Shown: piece by piece, positions 35,223-37,843 of the stretch
How the letters are laid out: every line of letters begins with the position of its first letter
Position numbering within the stretch: position 1 is the first letter of the stretch
IMG/VR virus record: IMGVR_UViG_3300017648_000010
Span: 1 to 37,843 of that record
Length of the DNA stretch: 37,843 nt
Reading direction: 5' to 3' (one strand)
Origin: a virus
Taxonomy: Duplodnaviria > Caudoviricetes
Program-made: the position numbers and the translations under genes
The notes under the pieces: model-generated
The model's database searches: none
What the model was told of the DNA's origin: nothing
Seen by the model: the letters and a program-made list of their open reading frames with translations, nothing else

Positions 35223-35764
35223 AGTTTGTTCAGCCGATCCGAGACCAGCGCAAGATCGACGCCATTAAGCATTTTTTGAAAAATCGCAATGAGCGTGATT
35301 ATGTACTATTCATGGTAGGCATTAATACAGGCCTTCGAATATCAGATATTCTCAATCTAACGGTGAAAGATGTGTTAGGTACACATATCGATATTACCGA
35401 AGGTAAAACGGGGAAACGAAGGTACATTAAAATTCGAAAGGGTCTTAGAAAAGCATTAGATGACTTTATCGCGGGGAAAGCAGACTTTGAATTCTTGTTT
35501 GTGGGCAGGAGCGCTAAACATACCGGCGAGAAAGATGAAAAATTAGACGTAAGTACAGTCTACAAAGTTCTGCGCCAGGCAGGCCGTGTTAATGGAGTCG
35601 AAAATATTGGTACACACTCTATGCGAAAAACGTTCGGCTATCATTATTATCTTCGAACGAAGGACATAGCGTTCCTAATGCAGGAGTTCAATCATAGCTC
35701 TCCAGCCATCACATTACGCTATATCGGCGTCTTTGACGACGTGCTGGATGACATCGAATTGTAG
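35219..35764 (+). CDS. Small (catalytic-domain-only) tyrosine recombinase
   Basis: 'GINTGLRISD', 'KTGK', 'GTHSMRKTFGY', 'FNHSS', 'LRYIG'; 181 aa. Confidence 0.9.
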   Translation: MKFVQPIRDQRKIDAIKHFLKNRNERDYVLFMVGINTGLRISDILNLTVKDVLGTHIDITEGKTGKRRYIKIRKGLRKALDDFIAGKADFEFLFVGRSAKHTGEKDEKLDVSTVYKVLRQAGRVNGVENIGTHSMRKTFGYHYYLRTKDIAFLMQEFNHSSPAITLRYIGVFDDVLDDIEL

Positions 35765-35765
35765 C

Positions 35766-35886
35766 CAGTTCCGTTCAATAAAGGCGATATGGAACTGAAA
35801 TTCTGACAGGAAAAATTCTTCTATAATATGCATCTAAATCGAGCTTGTATCTGAGTTCCGTTCCTTATGTGTAGAAAGGAACTCAA
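35766..35886. repeat. Two related palindromic sites after the recombinase
   Basis: CAGTTCC-N18-GGAACTG (35766-35797) and TGAGTTCC-N18/19-GGAACTCA (35852-35886); both begin AGTTCCGTTC. Confidence 0.65.
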
Positions 35887-36014
35887 GGACTGATTTTAAG
35901 TCAGAGACAGGAGAAATCCTCCAATTTTCTGATGCTTTCTTGCGTTCCCATTAATGATCGAAAACAGAAAAAGCGTTCAAACAACTCAATTATCGTGGAG
36001 GTGGGTGAAATGCG

Positions 36015-36758
36015 ATGTCACGAGAACGAAATCCGCTTCGAAAACGGGCTTTAAAACTTTGGCTGGATAGTGGACGCACTTTGACACCTGCTGCCATAGC
36101 GAGGGCTTTGGAGGTCCCAAATTCGCGAGTCCGAAAGTGGAAGTGCTTGGATAAATGGGACGAATTGCCGGAGGGCCCGCGGAAGCCTGGAGCCCCTAAA
36201 GGGAATAAGAATGCCAAAGGAAATAAGGGGGGCGCACCAAAGCGAAACGAAAATGCGGTAAAGCACGGTGAATATGCGACCATTTGGGACGAAACGCTCG
36301 AAGACCTTGAACGATCGCTGTTCTTTGAGGTCGATACGGACCCAATCGGTCAACTGAATAACGAAATAAGAATGCTGGAGCTCAGACAGCGGCGCATGCT
36401 GCAGTTAAGGGAAAAGCTTCTTGAAGGTTGGGACAGTGAATCGACTCAGACAACAAGTGAAGTATTTCGCCATCGTAAACGAGGCGACATACCGGAATTT
36501 GACGCAGATGGAAATCTGACAATGGTTCCAGTCATCGAACCGGTAATGATGGAAGTCGAGCGGAAGACGAAGAAGCACCCACTATTCGAGAGAATTCTTG
36601 CGCTGGAGGATGCCTTTACACGTGTTCAAGACAAGAAGGCCAAGCTCATCGACATGAAGCTGAAGCTCAGCACCAAAGCTTTAACCGAGGAAGAAGCGGC
36701 TCTTCGAATCAAAAGGGCGCAGCTGGAGATTAAAAATCTGGAAGCGGAGGCGTGGTAG
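36015..36758 (+). CDS. Terminase small subunit-like protein (XtmA/YqaS type, N-terminal HTH)
   Basis: 'MSRERNP.R..A..LW..SG......IA..L.V....VRKWK..DKW', 'GAPKGNKNA.GN.GGAP..N.NA.KHG.Y'. Confidence 0.78.
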   Translation: MSRERNPLRKRALKLWLDSGRTLTPAAIARALEVPNSRVRKWKCLDKWDELPEGPRKPGAPKGNKNAKGNKGGAPKRNENAVKHGEYATIWDETLEDLERSLFFEVDTDPIGQLNNEIRMLELRQRRMLQLREKLLEGWDSESTQTTSEVFRHRKRGDIPEFDADGNLTMVPVIEPVMMEVERKTKKHPLFERILALEDAFTRVQDKKAKLIDMKLKLSTKALTEEEAALRIKRAQLEIKNLEAEAW

Positions 36759-36759
36759 A

Positions 36760-37440
36760 CTGGCAAAGCACAGCATACTTCATACGTTCTACTCTTCCGA
36801 TAAATGGCGGAGTTTTCGCTTATCGTTGATCGCAGATCGCGGCAACCGATGCCAGCATTGCGGGAGAATCATTCCGAAGTCCATCGAGATCATCGGCCAC
36901 CATAAAGTAGAGCTTACGCCGGAAAACGTCCATGATTATTCGATTAGTCTGAATCCGGCTTTGGTGGAGCTGATTTGTTTTGACTGCCATAACAAAGAGC
37001 ATGGCCGTTTCGGCTATCAGGCTGCGAAATCGGTCTTTATCGTCTATGGTCCGCCGTTCTCAGGGAAAGCGGAACTGGTTCGGCAGCGCATGCGGCGGGG
37101 TGATCTGATCGTAGACATGGATAGGTTGTATGAGGCGCTATCCGGACTTCCTTACTACGACAAACCGGATGGATTATTCAGCAATGTCATCGGCGTCCAC
37201 AACATGCTGATTGACAATATTCGGACACGGCTCGGGAAGTGGTCGACGGCATGGGTGATCGGCGGGTATGCAGATAAGTTCAAGCGAGAGCGAATGGCCG
37301 ATAACTTGGGGGCCGAGCTTATCTTCTGTAACGTCAGCATGGAAGAATGCATCAGGCGGTTGGAAGCTGATGAAGATAGGCAGCAGCGCAAGGAAGAATG
37401 GCGTGGATACATCGAAAAATGGTTCAATCAATTCCACTGA
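36760..37440 (+). CDS. HNH endonuclease fused to a P-loop (AAA_33-like) domain
   Basis: In-frame CTG at 36760 after GGAGG gives MAKHSILHTFYSSDKWRSFR; 'CQHCG...HHK......N.....L....VELIC..CHNKEH'; second domain 'VYGPPFSGK', 'IVDMD'. Confidence 0.85.
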   Translation: MAKHSILHTFYSSDKWRSFRLSLIADRGNRCQHCGRIIPKSIEIIGHHKVELTPENVHDYSISLNPALVELICFDCHNKEHGRFGYQAAKSVFIVYGPPFSGKAELVRQRMRRGDLIVDMDRLYEALSGLPYYDKPDGLFSNVIGVHNMLIDNIRTRLGKWSTAWVIGGYADKFKRERMADNLGAELIFCNVSMEECIRRLEADEDRQQRKEEWRGYIEKWFNQFH

Positions 37441-37454
37441 ATAGGGTGATATTT

Positions 37455-37760
37455 GTGGCTAAGTTTGTTTGTACGAAGTGCAGCAATACGTGGGAAGGTA
37501 AAGGTCCAGACAGGGACGGAGTTATCTGTGATGATTGTAGGATTACAAATATGGACGAGAACGAACTGTACGTCGAACAAATGAAGCATTGGTTTAAAGA
37601 ACAAAGATTGCTCGGGAAACAGATCGAAGGAAGCATATTGTTTCATGAGGAAATGGCAAAGGTCAATCGCTTACAGCTTGATCTAAACGATAAGCGGATT
37701 GAGCTTGCGAGGGCTGAGTATAATGCTTGGGCCGAAAAGAATGGGTTCCCAATGTTTTGA
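37455..37760 (+). CDS. Hypothetical protein with CxxC pairs and a coiled coil
   Basis: CTKC...CDDC; GTG 37455 after AGGGTG. Confidence 0.6.
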   Translation: MAKFVCTKCSNTWEGKGPDRDGVICDDCRITNMDENELYVEQMKHWFKEQRLLGKQIEGSILFHEEMAKVNRLQLDLNDKRIELARAEYNAWAEKNGFPMF

Positions 37761-37797
37761 GGGCTTCCCCAAAAACGCTTTATCGAAGTGAAGCGTA

Positions 37798-37843
37798 AGG
37801 GGGTACCCCCCCTGCTTTAACGCGATAAAGCATCTTTCCAGAC
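37798..37843. other. Probable cos/packaging-site region at the genome end
   Basis: GGGGGTACCCCC palindrome and a TGCTTTA...TAAAGCA inverted repeat after the HNH cluster; the window restarts just upstream of terS, where cos normally lies in HNH/HK97-type phages. Confidence 0.5.

Overview
The window looks like an essentially complete ~37.8 kb temperate phage genome with a contractile (PBSX/Xkd-type) tail. The host is probably a Bacillota species of the Paenibacillaceae type; this is inferred from the SLH-domain GH25 endolysin, the Bacillus-type LexA box and the ImmA/ImmR pair. The sequence appears to be opened at the packaging (cos-like) site. Gene order: terminase, portal, HK97 protease and capsid (1-5.3 kb); neck, tail, baseplate and fibre (5.3-17.9 kb); lysis (18.0-19.4 kb); accessory region (19.4-23.5 kb); intact attP, large serine integrase, ImmA/ImmR and cro switch (23.6-27.6 kb); replication initiator with iterons, loader and DnaB (28.5-31.1 kb); middle genes, ArpU-like late activator, two small tyrosine recombinases, a second terminase-small-like gene and an HNH (31-37.8 kb). 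The two most interesting signals are: (1) a minimal DNA-transfer-like operon (small TM peptide, FtsK/SpoIIIE ATPase, Replic_Relax nuclease, VirB2/TrbC-like pilin) preceded by a strongly structured ~170-nt non-coding element; (2) a predicted minus-strand sRNA in the immunity region that is perfectly complementary over 15 nt to the ribosome-binding site and start of the late activator 7 kb away. All family assignments come from motif recognition and synteny, not database searches.
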